Source: Leptonemataceae bacterium
Lineage (GTDB): Bacteria > Spirochaetota > Leptospiria > Leptospirales > Leptonemataceae
Length of the DNA stretch: 64,000 bases
Assembly (NCBI GenBank): GCA_965227295.1
Contig: OZ245742.1
Coordinates: 64,001 to 128,000 of the forward strand
Reading direction: 5' to 3'
Shown here: positions 1 to 9,776 of the stretch, in pieces
Numbering within the stretch: the stretch's first letter is position 1
Layout of the letters: every line of letters begins with the position of its first letter
Notes under the pieces: generated by a model
Database searches by the model: none
What the model was told of the DNA's origin: nothing
Seen by the model: only the letters and a program-made list of their open reading frames with translations
Program-made: the position numbers and the translations under genes

Positions 1-1085
1 GTTATCGACCGCGGATACCAGCCCAACGGCAGGGTCACAGGATCCGACCACAGGACGCCGTACTTTGAGCGCTGTCCGGAGATGTTGACGATTTTATCCT
101 TGCCGAAGACCGCATCCCCTCTCACGGCCTGGCTCCCATAACGCGCCATGTTTTGACCGTAGGCCAACCTGGGGGCCCCCGGCACATAGGCGCCTGTTTC
201 AACGGAACTCTCCGGCATGAAGAGCACGTATTCGTCCTCCGGGAAGGTGACAAACCAGGAATCCCCGGGGGCTATGAAGCGATTGCCGGCCTCGTCAACG
301 ACGTGCATCTTCAGATACAGAGTCTTTCCGTAGGGGAGATTCTTCAGTTCAAAGAGATGGTCGCCCAGAGGCGTGGTCGGAGGGCCCACGAAAACGTACT
401 CCGGCTCGATGCCCGGTCCGCCCAGAGTGTCGACGATGTCTTCTTTGACATAGAACTCGAAGATGAGGTCCTCATCGGCCGTGACATCATCGAAGTCCTG
501 CCCGTTCATCCGGGCCACAAAAGTGTTCCTGGCACTCAGGCCGTCGACATTCAACTGCGCGACCGGTGGAGTGATGTCCGCGGCGCTATTGCCCGGCCGA
601 ACCACCGTAATCGTCAACTGGATGGAACCCTGGAACGACACCAGCTCAAACGTAACTTCGTCAGCGGTTACGATGATGCGAATGACGAATGAGCCGATGA
701 CCACGTCATTGTAAACGATTTCCGCACTGAGAGTGATTTCAGTTCCGGCAGGAAGATCGACTTCGTAGGCCCAGCGTCCGCTGCTATTCGTAACACTGCG
801 GGTGAGTGAGGCGCCTTCGCTGCGCGACGCGTCACCGAACACCACCTCGGCGCCGTTGAGCGGCTCCCCCGAACCACTGTCGCGAAGCGTGCCGGAGACC
901 ATGACAGCTTCCGAAGAACTCGTGAGATCGGAGGTGCCGGAGGAACTCAGACCGAGCAACGGGAGCAGCGCGGCGGCGGAACCGGCCTCGTCTCCGCCGG
1001 AGTCACTGAACGCCGCCAGGGAAAGACAACCCGGGAGAAGCGATGATACCAAAAAAAACTTAAATACCAGAAAAGGAATGCGCAT
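1..1085 (-). CDS. Putative lipoprotein, beta-rich/Ig-like; runs off the window's left edge (3' end missing)
   Basis: Hand translation from ATG at 1085 gives MRIPFLVFKFFLVSSLLPGC (lipobox-like Cys) followed by VSGTLRDSGSGEPLNGAEVVF (carboxypeptidase-regulatory-like/Ig strand pattern). Frame appears open to position 1, which is why it is absent from the ORF track. Confidence 0.7.
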   Translation of the reverse strand, partial: MRIPFLVFKFFLVSSLLPGCLSLAAFSDSGGDEAGSAAALLPLLGLSSSGTSDLTSSSEAVMVSGTLRDSGSGEPLNGAEVVFGDASRSEGASLTRSVTNSSGRWAYEVDLPAGTEITLSAEIVYNDVVIGSFVIRIIVTADEVTFELVSFQGSIQLTITVVRPGNSAADITPPVAQLNVDGLSARNTFVARMNGQDFDDVTADEDLIFEFYVKEDIVDTLGGPGIEPEYVFVGPPTTPLGDHLFELKNLPYGKTLYLKMHVVDEAGNRFIAPGDSWFVTFPEDEYVLFMPESSVETGAYVPGAPRLAYGQNMARYGSQAVRGDAVFGKDKIVNISGQRSKYGVLWSDPVTLPLGWYPRSI

Positions 1086-1164
1086 CGAGGCCTCGTTTAG
1101 CGAACACAATTATAACACGGCTCACCACATCTTCGTGCACATTTTTCCAGGTCGGAGGATTTTC

Positions 1165-1647
1165 TCAGCCCGGTCCCAGGCGTTTGCGTTTGATGAACAT
1201 CTCAAGGCCGCCGTTGGCTTCGGCGCGGATCTTGTTTTGCACGGAGGGCAGCCAGCCCATCAGCTTGCCGGTGAGACCGAGAGCCATGCCGGCCCAGCGC
1301 CACAAACTGAAGCTGTCCGTATGTTTAACGATCTTACCGTCGCGAAACTCGAACCGCGCGTCGATGATGTTGTGAATGCGGTTGCCGGTTTTCGCGAAAT
1401 CGTAGCGGGGTTCCCAGTGCGCGGAGCCGGAGCTGTCGTCGGCTTTGACATTCGAGAACGCCAGCTCGAAGTTCTGCGCGCGCTCGCAGAGCATGCGCCA
1501 CATGGCCTTCGCCTTCCAGCCCTGGAGGTCCCGAAAAACGGGATCCGAGAACTCCACGTCGTCGTGGTAGCAGGATTGCATCGTCTCCCAGTCCTGTTTC
1601 TGGAAGGCGGAGTAAAACTTCGTGATCAACTCTTCGTTAGCATGCAT
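1165..1647 (-). CDS. SnoaL-like / NTF2-family protein
   Basis: LITKFYSAFQKQDWETMQSCYHDDVEFSDP...FEFRDGKIVKHTDSF is the typical NTF2/SnoaL pattern. Confidence 0.85.
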   Translation of the reverse strand: MHANEELITKFYSAFQKQDWETMQSCYHDDVEFSDPVFRDLQGWKAKAMWRMLCERAQNFELAFSNVKADDSSGSAHWEPRYDFAKTGNRIHNIIDARFEFRDGKIVKHTDSFSLWRWAGMALGLTGKLMGWLPSVQNKIRAEANGGLEMFIKRKRLGPG

Positions 1648-1671
1648 GAACGGCCTCTCTGCTTTTATCTT

Positions 1672-1810
1672 TTGGCCACAGAGGCGCAGAGGACACAGAG
1701 TTTGCGAAAGGTTGGGGCATCAGACTATTCAAGTCACCAGGCTACGAACGCGTTCTTGCGCCGCTTCCCCATCAACCTCTTCTCTGTGTTCTCTGTGCCT
1801 CTGTGGCAAA
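1672..1810. repeat. Intergenic element with ~28-bp imperfect terminal inverted repeats (REP/MITE-like)
   Basis: tggccacagaggcgcagaggacacagag (1673-1700) versus the reverse complement of ctctgtgttctctgtgcctctgtggcaa (1782-1809). Confidence 0.75.
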
Positions 1811-1822
1811 GGGAACTTCAGC

Positions 1823-2236
1823 TCAGTCACAGGCGACGACCAGGTCGCCGGCGACTTTGGTTTCGCCGTTGACCTGAGCTTCGAGAGAAACGGTCATCTC
1901 TTTCGCGTCGTCGTTTTTCTTTTTCACCTTGCCCTTGCAGACGATAACGTCGCCGGGGAACGTCATCCCCTTGAACTTTACGCCGAAGGATTTCATTTGT
2001 CCGGGATGCACCCAGTTTGTCGCCAGGCGACCGAGTTGGGCCATGACGTACATACCGTGGGCGATGGTGCTGTCGAGACCGGCCTCTTTCACGGCGAACT
2101 CGGGGTCCGTGTGAATCGGGTTGAAGTCCCCGGAAGCGCCGGCGTAGCGCACCAGGTCCATGTGTTTGAGCGGTCCGACCTGAAGTTCAGGGATCTCCGC
2201 GCCTTTTTCGTATTCGTCGTATTTAATGCGATTCAT
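1823..2236 (-). CDS. MaoC-family (hot-dog) dehydratase, catalytic HadB-like subunit
   Basis: YAGASGDFNPIHTD...IAHGM hydratase-2 motif. Confidence 0.9.
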   Translation of the reverse strand: MNRIKYDEYEKGAEIPELQVGPLKHMDLVRYAGASGDFNPIHTDPEFAVKEAGLDSTIAHGMYVMAQLGRLATNWVHPGQMKSFGVKFKGMTFPGDVIVCKGKVKKKNDDAKEMTVSLEAQVNGETKVAGDLVVACD

Positions 2237-2260
2237 AAGATTCCTCCAGAAAATGTGGCT

Positions 2261-2704
2261 TCAGTCCGGTCGGATGACGATGGCCATTTCGGCTTCGATG
2301 CATACGTCGCCCTTTTCATCTTTGAACTCGGTCTTAAACGTGACCATGTTCATTTTACCGATTTTTACATCGATGACCTCGCCCGCGGCGTGAATCGTTA
2401 CCCCGGGGTAGACCGGCTTATGATAGTTGTACTCTTCTTTCATGTGCAACAGGCGCGTGGTATCGATACCCATGTTGCTCATGTCGTCCCAGATCTTCGG
2501 ATAACCCCAGAACTGGAAGGCCGTCTGAAACGTCGGCGGGATGGGGGTATCGTCGAAGCCGGCTGCTTTCGCGGCGGCGGGATCAGTGTAGATCGGATTC
2601 GTTTCGCCGATGGCTTTCAGAAATTCCTGTACTTTGCCGCGTTCCACCGCGAACGTGTACGGATCGAGTTTGGTTCCAACAATGTCTTTACTGAGTTCAG
2701 GCAT
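2261..2704 (-). CDS. MaoC-family dehydratase N-terminal-like (HadA/FAS1_N-like) subunit
   Basis: [22 protein letters not shown]...IPPTF...[14 protein letters not shown]; adjacent and co-oriented with the MaoC gene. Confidence 0.85.
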   Translation of the reverse strand: MPELSKDIVGTKLDPYTFAVERGKVQEFLKAIGETNPIYTDPAAAKAAGFDDTPIPPTFQTAFQFWGYPKIWDDMSNMGIDTTRLLHMKEEYNYHKPVYPGVTIHAAGEVIDVKIGKMNMVTFKTEFKDEKGDVCIEAEMAIVIRPD

Positions 2705-2774
2705 AGCGGAGGCAAATTAACGAGGCGGAAATTCCCGGTCAAGCAATTCAGACCGAGCGGTCAGAATCGTCTGC

Positions 2775-4559
2775 TCATAGCGCCAGCACGAACCCCAGCA
2801 TGTACCGCGCATAAAACCGGGTCGCCGGCTTCCGCAGCTCGCCCGTGAGCGCGTCCGGTTCGTTCTCGGACGGCCGAAACCAGGCCGCCGTGGCGCTCGC
2901 CTGCACGGCCAGGTCCACATCCACGAACGACAGCGGATAACGCAGCGCCGCGATGCCCTCGAAGCCGTCGCCGGTTAGAAAGTCCGCGTAGTTCGCAAAG
3001 ACGTCCACGGTGAGCGCGCGCCAGGGAACGGCGCTGAAACGCAGCGAGGCCATGGTCAGCCCCTGATTGTCGTAGACCGGCCGCGCCGGATCGCTGTTGT
3101 CCCGGGCCTCGTCGAAATCCGGCAATCGTTCCGCGGCCACGCCCGAGTCGGCGAAGATCTCGCCGGGCTGGTAGTTCCGGAGCGGCGGGCGCTCGTTGCC
3201 CGGCGCCGGACCGGTGAGCAAAATCGAAGCGGCCCCGCCCATCACGCCGGGCAGAGGTCGCAGTGCGCCGAAACCGCGAAGTTCGTTGTCGCTGTCGTCG
3301 CGGTCCCGGGTGGCATAGAGCCCGGCCAGGGCCAGCTCCGGTCCGCGGCGCACCGGCAGATCACGCACGCAATCCACCCGCGCCGGCTGGCTCGCAATGC
3401 AGCCCGGGCTGCTCTGTTCCCATCCCAGGTGATAGACCACCTCGCCGAAGGCCAGGGCCCCGCCGATCTCCCGGCGTGAGGAAGCGATCCGCGTGCCGGC
3501 GGTATCCACGGCGATTTCGCGCCCTCTATTATAGAAAAAACTCCCGCGCAAAGAGAACGGCGCGGCCTGGCCGAAGTCCTTTGCGAAGCGCAGTCCGTAG
3601 TAGTGCACGTCCAGGTCCGGCAGCGCCGCCTGCCCTGTAGGAACTGTTACCCGCGTCGGCGGAATGCCGGGAAGCTGGAGGTCGGGAACCGCCGCCCGGC
3701 CCGGGGAACGGTAGAAGCCGTAGAGCGCGCTGACGGAGTAAGATGAGCCGGTGAGTCCGATGCTTCCCGTATAAAATGCCGCCGGACTTCCCTCCGGCCG
3801 GCCGATGGCCCGCACTTCGCGCTCCATCTTCCAGCCGGCCAGCACCAGGCGCAGGGCAGTCGCCCCGTTCCCGGTCCACTGAAGCAGTCCACCAGGAGCC
3901 TCGCCCGCGAACAGCAGGCCCTCGGACTCCGTGCGCTGAAAGATGCGCCCACCGGCGACGAACAGGCCGCGGCGCAGTTGCTCCTCACGCTCGATGCTGC
4001 CGACCAACAGGGCTGCCCGATCCGCCCCGGGATGAAACCGCCCGGCCTCGTCCCCGGCGCCGGGATCCGCCGACTCGCCCGGGTTCCAGCGAAAGTACGC
4101 AAAGGTTTCGCCAGGCCGGCCCGGACCCGTCCAACGATCGCTTTCGCCATCGGGGCCGCCGTCGCCGTAATAATGGTAGTCATTCAGGGCGCGCATGGAG
4201 GCCCGCAGGCCAAGAACCAGGCCGGGCCGGTAGACGGCCAGATCCAGGCCGCGCTGCGATCGCTGGCGCGCCCGGTTCTGCTCCCGAAATTCCTCACGGT
4301 TCCCGCCCGCCTCCGAGCCCACGGCGTAGGCATCGCGATAGACCGGGTGCAGATACAGCCACTCGCCGAGTTCCGGATCGATCTCGCTCGCCAGGTTCAG
4401 CATGCCGGCCTGTTCCCAGCGGTCCCGGAACGGGCTGCTGGAAGATGCCCCGGCCTCCGGCTCCTGGGCTCCGACGGCGATGCTCACGCCCACAACGATC
4501 GTCGCAATGCATCCCCACCGAAAGAACACGGCACCACAAATCCGGAGCACGATGAGCAC
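2775..4559 (-). CDS. Exported hypothetical protein, probable outer-membrane beta-barrel
   Basis: Signal-like N-terminus, alternating aromatic/hydrophobic strands, C-terminal ARYMLGFVLAL. Confidence 0.55.
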   Translation of the reverse strand: MLIVLRICGAVFFRWGCIATIVVGVSIAVGAQEPEAGASSSSPFRDRWEQAGMLNLASEIDPELGEWLYLHPVYRDAYAVGSEAGGNREEFREQNRARQRSQRGLDLAVYRPGLVLGLRASMRALNDYHYYGDGGPDGESDRWTGPGRPGETFAYFRWNPGESADPGAGDEAGRFHPGADRAALLVGSIEREEQLRRGLFVAGGRIFQRTESEGLLFAGEAPGGLLQWTGNGATALRLVLAGWKMEREVRAIGRPEGSPAAFYTGSIGLTGSSYSVSALYGFYRSPGRAAVPDLQLPGIPPTRVTVPTGQAALPDLDVHYYGLRFAKDFGQAAPFSLRGSFFYNRGREIAVDTAGTRIASSRREIGGALAFGEVVYHLGWEQSSPGCIASQPARVDCVRDLPVRRGPELALAGLYATRDRDDSDNELRGFGALRPLPGVMGGAASILLTGPAPGNERPPLRNYQPGEIFADSGVAAERLPDFDEARDNSDPARPVYDNQGLTMASLRFSAVPWRALTVDVFANYADFLTGDGFEGIAALRYPLSFVDVDLAVQASATAAWFRPSENEPDALTGELRKPATRFYARYMLGFVLAL

Positions 4560-4703
4560 GCCAGCCTTTCCGCTCAGGATGCCTGACCCGCCGCAGGTTC
4601 AGTACAACCTTGCATGAAGTGCTTGACCGTATAGTGCGCCGCAAAAATATGACCCCATCATTAGTGCGGCGCACACATCACGAGCGCCGCCGAAGAGGAC
4701 GAC

Positions 4704-5384
4704 ATGCTCACAAAGCTGCAATCCATCGCCCGCAAAACGCTCATCGCCCTGGTCATCCTGGGCCCGGCAGTACTCGGCCTGAACGGCTCCGACCTGACCC
4801 CCGGCCGCCTGGCCGCCAACGATCAGTATCTGGCGGCCCGGAAAGAGGCCCGGCTGCGCATCGGTGCCTACGTCGCCTTCAAGAATCCGCACAAGAGCAA
4901 GGCCGAGCGTATGCAACTCGTCGAGGTCATCCTGGATCAGTCCGAACGCCTGCGCATTCCGGAGCACTTCTACATCGACGGACTGTCCGTGCATCCGGCG
5001 TACTTTCTCACGGCGCTGATCGGCGTGGAGTCCACGTTTTACCGGGACGCCGTTTCTCACGCCGACGCCCGGGGTTACATGCAGCTCATGCCGGCCACGG
5101 TCGCCTGGATGGATGTGAATCTTCTGAGCGAAGGGAACGTGACCGAACTGGATCGGCTCTTTGAGGCGCGGACGAACGTGGCGCGGGGCGTGAGCTATCT
5201 GAACTTTCTCATCAAAGAAATGGACGACATCCGCCTGGTTTGCCTTGCCTACAACGCCGGTCCCGGTAACGTGCGCCGGGGATACTGGGTCGAAGAGTAC
5301 TGGACGCGCGTCCATGCCAACTACCGGGAAATCCGCCGGGGCGAGTTTCTCTTCCGCGAGGTTCGCGGCACCGTGACCCTCTAA
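4704..5384 (+). CDS. Lytic transglycosylase (SLT domain)
   Basis: ALIGVESTF, ARGYMQLMP, AYNAGPGNV motifs; RBS gagga upstream. Confidence 0.9.
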   Translation: MLTKLQSIARKTLIALVILGPAVLGLNGSDLTPGRLAANDQYLAARKEARLRIGAYVAFKNPHKSKAERMQLVEVILDQSERLRIPEHFYIDGLSVHPAYFLTALIGVESTFYRDAVSHADARGYMQLMPATVAWMDVNLLSEGNVTELDRLFEARTNVARGVSYLNFLIKEMDDIRLVCLAYNAGPGNVRRGYWVEEYWTRVHANYREIRRGEFLFREVRGTVTL

Positions 5385-5394
5385 CCATAGCACG

Positions 5395-7068
5395 ATGACC
5401 GACAGCCGCCGCGACGATGGTCCGCGCTCTCTGCGACGGAGACTTCCGACGTTGACCGGCGCGAGTTTCCGGTGTGCCGTCTTCGTGGTCCTCTGCGTTG
5501 CGCTGACGCCCTGCTCCCTCCTGACCTCCGGCGACAGGGACCCGGAAGATCTTTCCTGGCTCATGTGGACCGGTTACCACGCCGTCGTCGTCGCCTCCGC
5601 TTCCGAACTTCAGAACATGCGCCGGGACTTCGGTGTCGTCCCGGAAGAGATGGTCTTCGTCGACGTGGATCAGGATACCGGCGACGGCATCTATCGCCTG
5701 CCCGGTCGCTTTCGGGAAGACCTCCGCCTGGGCGAGTACCGGATCATGGAGTCCCCGCCGTTTCGCTTTATCGATCCGGACATCGTCCGCCGGCGAGAGT
5801 CGGACGATCCCGCGGTCTGGGCGTCCGGTTACAAGGACGAAGTCATCGCCGAAAAGATGTTACGGCGATTGGCCCGGGACTTTCCCGATTACACGAAGCT
5901 GTATGAGATCGGCAAAAGCCGCGAAGGGCGGACGATCTACGCGCTGAAGATCTCCGACAACCCCGGCATCGACGAGGACGAGCCGGCGCTCCTGTTCAAC
6001 GGGGCGCACCACGGCGGCGAGTTCCTGGCCGTGGACTACGTCTTAGATCTTGCTCAGTTCATCTTAAGCGGACGCGGGCAACACGCCGGAGACGGCTCCT
6101 GGCTCGACACGTTTTACGAAAAACAAAACGGAGTCGGCGTTACGCACTGGCGCCGGGCCCGGCAGCAGGAATGGATCAATCGCTTCGAGTTATGGTTCGT
6201 ACCCGTGGTGAATCCCGACGGCCTGCACATCGCCTGGAACCGCGCGTACTGGTCCGGGCGCAAGAACGCCCGGGACACGACGGCACCGCGCCGCAAGTGG
6301 AATCGCAAAGACGGCGTGGATCTCAATCGCAATTATCCGTTCTTCTGGAAGTCCGATCTCGAAGGGGCGAGCAGCGGCAAACCGTACAGCATCTTTTATC
6401 GCGGGCCGAAGCCCGGCAGCGAACCCGAGGTGCGGGCGATCATGGGCCTCGCCCAACGACAGCGTTTCGTTGCGGCGTTGTCGTACCACTGCTTCGCGAC
6501 AAAGGTCCTGGTTCCCTACACCATCGACGGGGCCGTGTCGCCGATTCCGAATCCGGCCTGGCGATTGGGTGAATCCCTGGCGGCGGCCGGGAAAAGTCAT
6601 CGCCCGGTGAAACGCTACACCGCCGAACGAAACCTGTATGCCGTCGACGGAACGGACCAGGACTGGTTGTTCCACACGTTCGGTACGATGGCGTTCATTG
6701 TAGAAGGGAGTTATCTTACACCGGACTTTGAACCAAAGGCCCGGCTTTCGATTCAGGGGATGCGCCCGTTGTCGGTGCGTATGCTGGAACTTTATGAGGA
6801 AGGCCCGATCATCGTCATCCACACGCGCGACGCCAGCGGCGGACCCATCCCGGCGCGGGTGGAAGTCCTGGAGACGGCCTACTACGAGGGCGAAATCTTC
6901 ACCAGCCATCCCACGAGCGGACGCTACGACTACTGGCTCGCCGGCGTAAACGATGGTCCGTTCACGGTGCGCGCGTCGAAAAATGGCTACTATCCGGCGG
7001 AGGCGCGGATTCGCTGCGGCTCCGGCCTGTGTCCGATCGTCCTCGAACTGGAGCCGGTTTCACATTGA
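5395..7068 (+). CDS. M14 zinc carboxypeptidase (carboxypeptidase T-like)
   Basis: IGKSREGRTIYALKISD, GAHHGGE (HxxE), PVVNPDG, RKN, GVDLNRNY, SEPE, LSYH. Confidence 0.9.
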   Translation: MTDSRRDDGPRSLRRRLPTLTGASFRCAVFVVLCVALTPCSLLTSGDRDPEDLSWLMWTGYHAVVVASASELQNMRRDFGVVPEEMVFVDVDQDTGDGIYRLPGRFREDLRLGEYRIMESPPFRFIDPDIVRRRESDDPAVWASGYKDEVIAEKMLRRLARDFPDYTKLYEIGKSREGRTIYALKISDNPGIDEDEPALLFNGAHHGGEFLAVDYVLDLAQFILSGRGQHAGDGSWLDTFYEKQNGVGVTHWRRARQQEWINRFELWFVPVVNPDGLHIAWNRAYWSGRKNARDTTAPRRKWNRKDGVDLNRNYPFFWKSDLEGASSGKPYSIFYRGPKPGSEPEVRAIMGLAQRQRFVAALSYHCFATKVLVPYTIDGAVSPIPNPAWRLGESLAAAGKSHRPVKRYTAERNLYAVDGTDQDWLFHTFGTMAFIVEGSYLTPDFEPKARLSIQGMRPLSVRMLELYEEGPIIVIHTRDASGGPIPARVEVLETAYYEGEIFTSHPTSGRYDYWLAGVNDGPFTVRASKNGYYPAEARIRCGSGLCPIVLELEPVSH

Positions 7069-7099
7069 CCGCCTCCGCTTGCCGTTCTTTGATGTCCCG

Positions 7100-7720
7100 G
7101 TGAAACGCCCCATCGTCCTGCAGGGAGATCTCAGCGAAGAAATCGCCGCTACATTCTCCGGAGCTTCCGAACTCGGTGTGGATTGTGAGATGATGGGACT
7201 CAACTCGTTTCGGGACCGCCTGTGCGTGGTGCAGGTGGGCGTCGAGCGTGGAGACATTGTCCTGGTGCAGGTAGACGAACAGAGCGGCGCGCCACGACTC
7301 AAAGCCCTATTCGAGAATCCGGACATCGTGAAAATCTTTCACTATGCACGCACGGACATCGTGTTTTTGAAGCATCGCCTGGGCATCGACGTAACCAACA
7401 TCTACTGTACGAAGATCGCCTCGCGCCTTGGGCGCACGTATACGGATCGCCACGGACTCAAAGAAGTCGCCCGGGAGCTGGCCGGGGAAATCATGGATAA
7501 GTCCTCGCAGTCCTCGGACTGGGGTCAGAGCGAACTCAGCGAAGATCAAGTCTACTACGCCGCCGACGATGTGCGCCATCTTTTCGAAATCAAACGTCAA
7601 CTCATGAAGATGCTGGAACGCGAAGGCCGCACGGACCTGGCGCAGCGCTGTTTCGACGCTCTCGCAATTCGCCGGGATCTCGACATCGCCGGCTTCGACT
7701 TCGACATCTTTGCACACTGA
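7100..7720 (+). CDS. Ribonuclease D-like 3'-5' exonuclease (DEDDy)
   Basis: GVDCEMMGL, IFHYARTD, YCTKIASRL, QSSDWG, YAADDV; GTG start at 7100 inferred. Confidence 0.85.
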   Translation: MKRPIVLQGDLSEEIAATFSGASELGVDCEMMGLNSFRDRLCVVQVGVERGDIVLVQVDEQSGAPRLKALFENPDIVKIFHYARTDIVFLKHRLGIDVTNIYCTKIASRLGRTYTDRHGLKEVARELAGEIMDKSSQSSDWGQSELSEDQVYYAADDVRHLFEIKRQLMKMLEREGRTDLAQRCFDALAIRRDLDIAGFDFDIFAH

Positions 7721-8321
7721 AGCCGCGACCGTGGCGGAAGATCTTGCACAACTACGCACAAGTATCGAGCGACGGATCGATCTTCCGGCCGAACAGTGGC
7801 CGCTCTTTGCCGAAATCCTTCAACCGCGTTCCCTCGCAGCCGGAGAATCCTTTGTACGATCCGGCGAACCGGCCACGGAGTTTGCCTTCGTTCTGTCCGG
7901 CGTGCTGCGCGAGTTTTATCTGACCGCCGACGGCACGGAGTACAACAAGAGCTTCTGCCTGGCCGGCGACTTCACCGGTTCGTACGCGGATCTGCTTTCC
8001 GGTAAGCCGTCCACCGCCGACATCGAAGCCATTACTCCCGCGCGACTCATGGTCGGCACGTACCGAAACTTTGTTGCGTTGTTCGATGTGCATCCGTGCT
8101 GGGAACGCCTCGGCCGGCTCACCGCGGAGCACTTGCTCATGATCAAGGCGCGGCGGGAGTACGAGTTTCTCGCGTTATCCGCAACACAACGCTACGAACT
8201 CTTACGCGAACGCTATCCGCATCTCGAAGATGCCGTGCCGCAGTATCACATCGCTTCGTACCTCGGCATCACGCCGGTGGCGCTCAGCCGCATCCGCGCG
8301 CGAAAAAAGCAGGGAAATTAA
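7710..8321 (+). CDS. Crp/Fnr-family cNMP-binding transcriptional regulator
   Basis: FVLSGVLREFY cNMP-binding region; C-terminal QYHIASYLGITPVALSRIR HTH. Confidence 0.9.
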   Translation: MHTEAATVAEDLAQLRTSIERRIDLPAEQWPLFAEILQPRSLAAGESFVRSGEPATEFAFVLSGVLREFYLTADGTEYNKSFCLAGDFTGSYADLLSGKPSTADIEAITPARLMVGTYRNFVALFDVHPCWERLGRLTAEHLLMIKARREYEFLALSATQRYELLRERYPHLEDAVPQYHIASYLGITPVALSRIRARKKQGN

Positions 8322-8365
8322 CCCGGGTTAAGGAACATCACTCTGCTTGCTGATAGCCTGCGCCC

Positions 8366-9225
8366 ATGGAACGCAAGCATCTCGATCTGAACGGAACAAT
8401 CGCCACGTACCTCGAAGCGGGGAGCGGCCCCGTCCTCCTCTGTCTGCATGCCGTCGGACACGACGCCGACGACTACGGTGTACTACTGCGCTCGCCGCAA
8501 ATCACCGCGCGCTTTCGCGTGATCGCGCTGGACTTTCCCGGCCACGGCGGCTCCAGTCCGTCCGCAGCGAAAGATATCTCGGCCACGCGTTTTGCTCGCT
8601 TCACGACGGAATTTCTCCGGACCCTCGGCGTACAACGAGTGGCCATTACCGGTAACTCGATCGGTGGGGCGGTGGCGCTGCGACTCGCGAGCGGAAGCGA
8701 CGGCCCCACCGTTAACGCGCTCATTCTTGCAAATCCCGGCGGCCTGGATAACCGACGCCCGCCGGGTGATCTCGTCCTGCGCACGATGGCGGCGTTCTTC
8801 CGCGCCGGCGAACGCGGGGCGTTCTGGTTTCGCCCGCTCTTTCGCGCATACTACGGGCTCGTCCTGCGCCGATCCACTCCGGCCAGCAGGCAGCGGCGCG
8901 AGAGTCTGATGGCGACGGCGTACGCTCTCGCGCCGATGCTCGCCAGGGCCTGGGAGAGTTTCGCATTGCCGGAAGATGACTTACGCAACCGCATTCATAA
9001 TATTCGCTGCCCGGTAGTTTCACCTGGGCCATGCGGGACGTATTCATTCAGTTTCGCCGCAATCGCGATGCGTTGGAGCGCTTCGTGGATGTCCGCTTGA
9101 GTCGCTACAAGAATGCGGGTCACTGCCCGGCCCTCGAAACCCCGGAACGTTTCGCGAATGAAGTCGCGGAATTTCTTGCAGATTGCAGCCGGCGTAGTAT
9201 CGATAGCAGTGCTTACAGCGCCTGA
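8366..9225 (+). pseudogene. Alpha/beta hydrolase split by a 1-nt frameshift near 9018-9021 (true pseudogene or sequencing error)
   Basis: 8366-9100 has LDFPGHG and the GNSIGG nucleophile elbow. The C-terminal acid/His region (WAMRD...AGHCPALETPERF) lies in another frame (9031-9225 ORF). Confidence 0.75.
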
Positions 9226-9625
9226 CATTCGAACGTCGATCTGCATAAGCGGTTTGCTGATGGCGATGACGGCATGTCTGGTTCCGGGATCTTCGCCGCA
9301 TCTCGGTGATGTCTGCACCTCGCGCGATCCCTGTCCCGACGGCCTGGTCTGCTATCGCAATGGTTGCTACGAAAACTGCGCAGCCCCGGACGAACCACCG
9401 CGGCCGGGTGGTTGGTGTCGTTTCCCCGCGAATGCCCAGAATCCGGGCAGGCCGGAGCGTTCGGTGCAGGCGTGCGGCGGTCTTCACGCGTGCCAGGAAC
9501 TATGCGAAGCCGTTGTCGAAGACTGCCGCGCATTACGGTTCACGGCGACGCCGCCGGCACGACAGTCGAACGCCCCGGCTGAATGTCGTACCCGTTACGA
9601 CGGCGCACTGGAATGTGACTGGTGA
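9113..9625 (+). CDS. Small cysteine-rich exported protein/lipoprotein (true start probably downstream)
   Basis: LLMAMTAC lipobox-like segment followed by about 12 Cys (CTSRDPCPDGLVCYRNGCYENC...). Confidence 0.55.
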   Translation: MRVTARPSKPRNVSRMKSRNFLQIAAGVVSIAVLTAPDIRTSICISGLLMAMTACLVPGSSPHLGDVCTSRDPCPDGLVCYRNGCYENCAAPDEPPRPGGWCRFPANAQNPGRPERSVQACGGLHACQELCEAVVEDCRALRFTATPPARQSNAPAECRTRYDGALECDW

Positions 9626-9776
9626 ACAGCCGTTCGTCCGGTAAACGCTGCTTTCGCGCGGAAATATACCCGGCTTCACTTTATTTCCTTTACAGAATTT
9701 GTATTTCGCATGCCCTTTCTCGTGTCGCTTTTCTTCGTCTCATAGTTTCGTGAATACCGCCATACTCAGGACCGCC

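Noticed and set aside
153-1872. Plus-strand ORFs 153-692 and 802-1872
   Set aside because: Antisense shadows of the minus-strand lipoprotein (ATG 1085) and the SnoaL gene; no recognisable motifs
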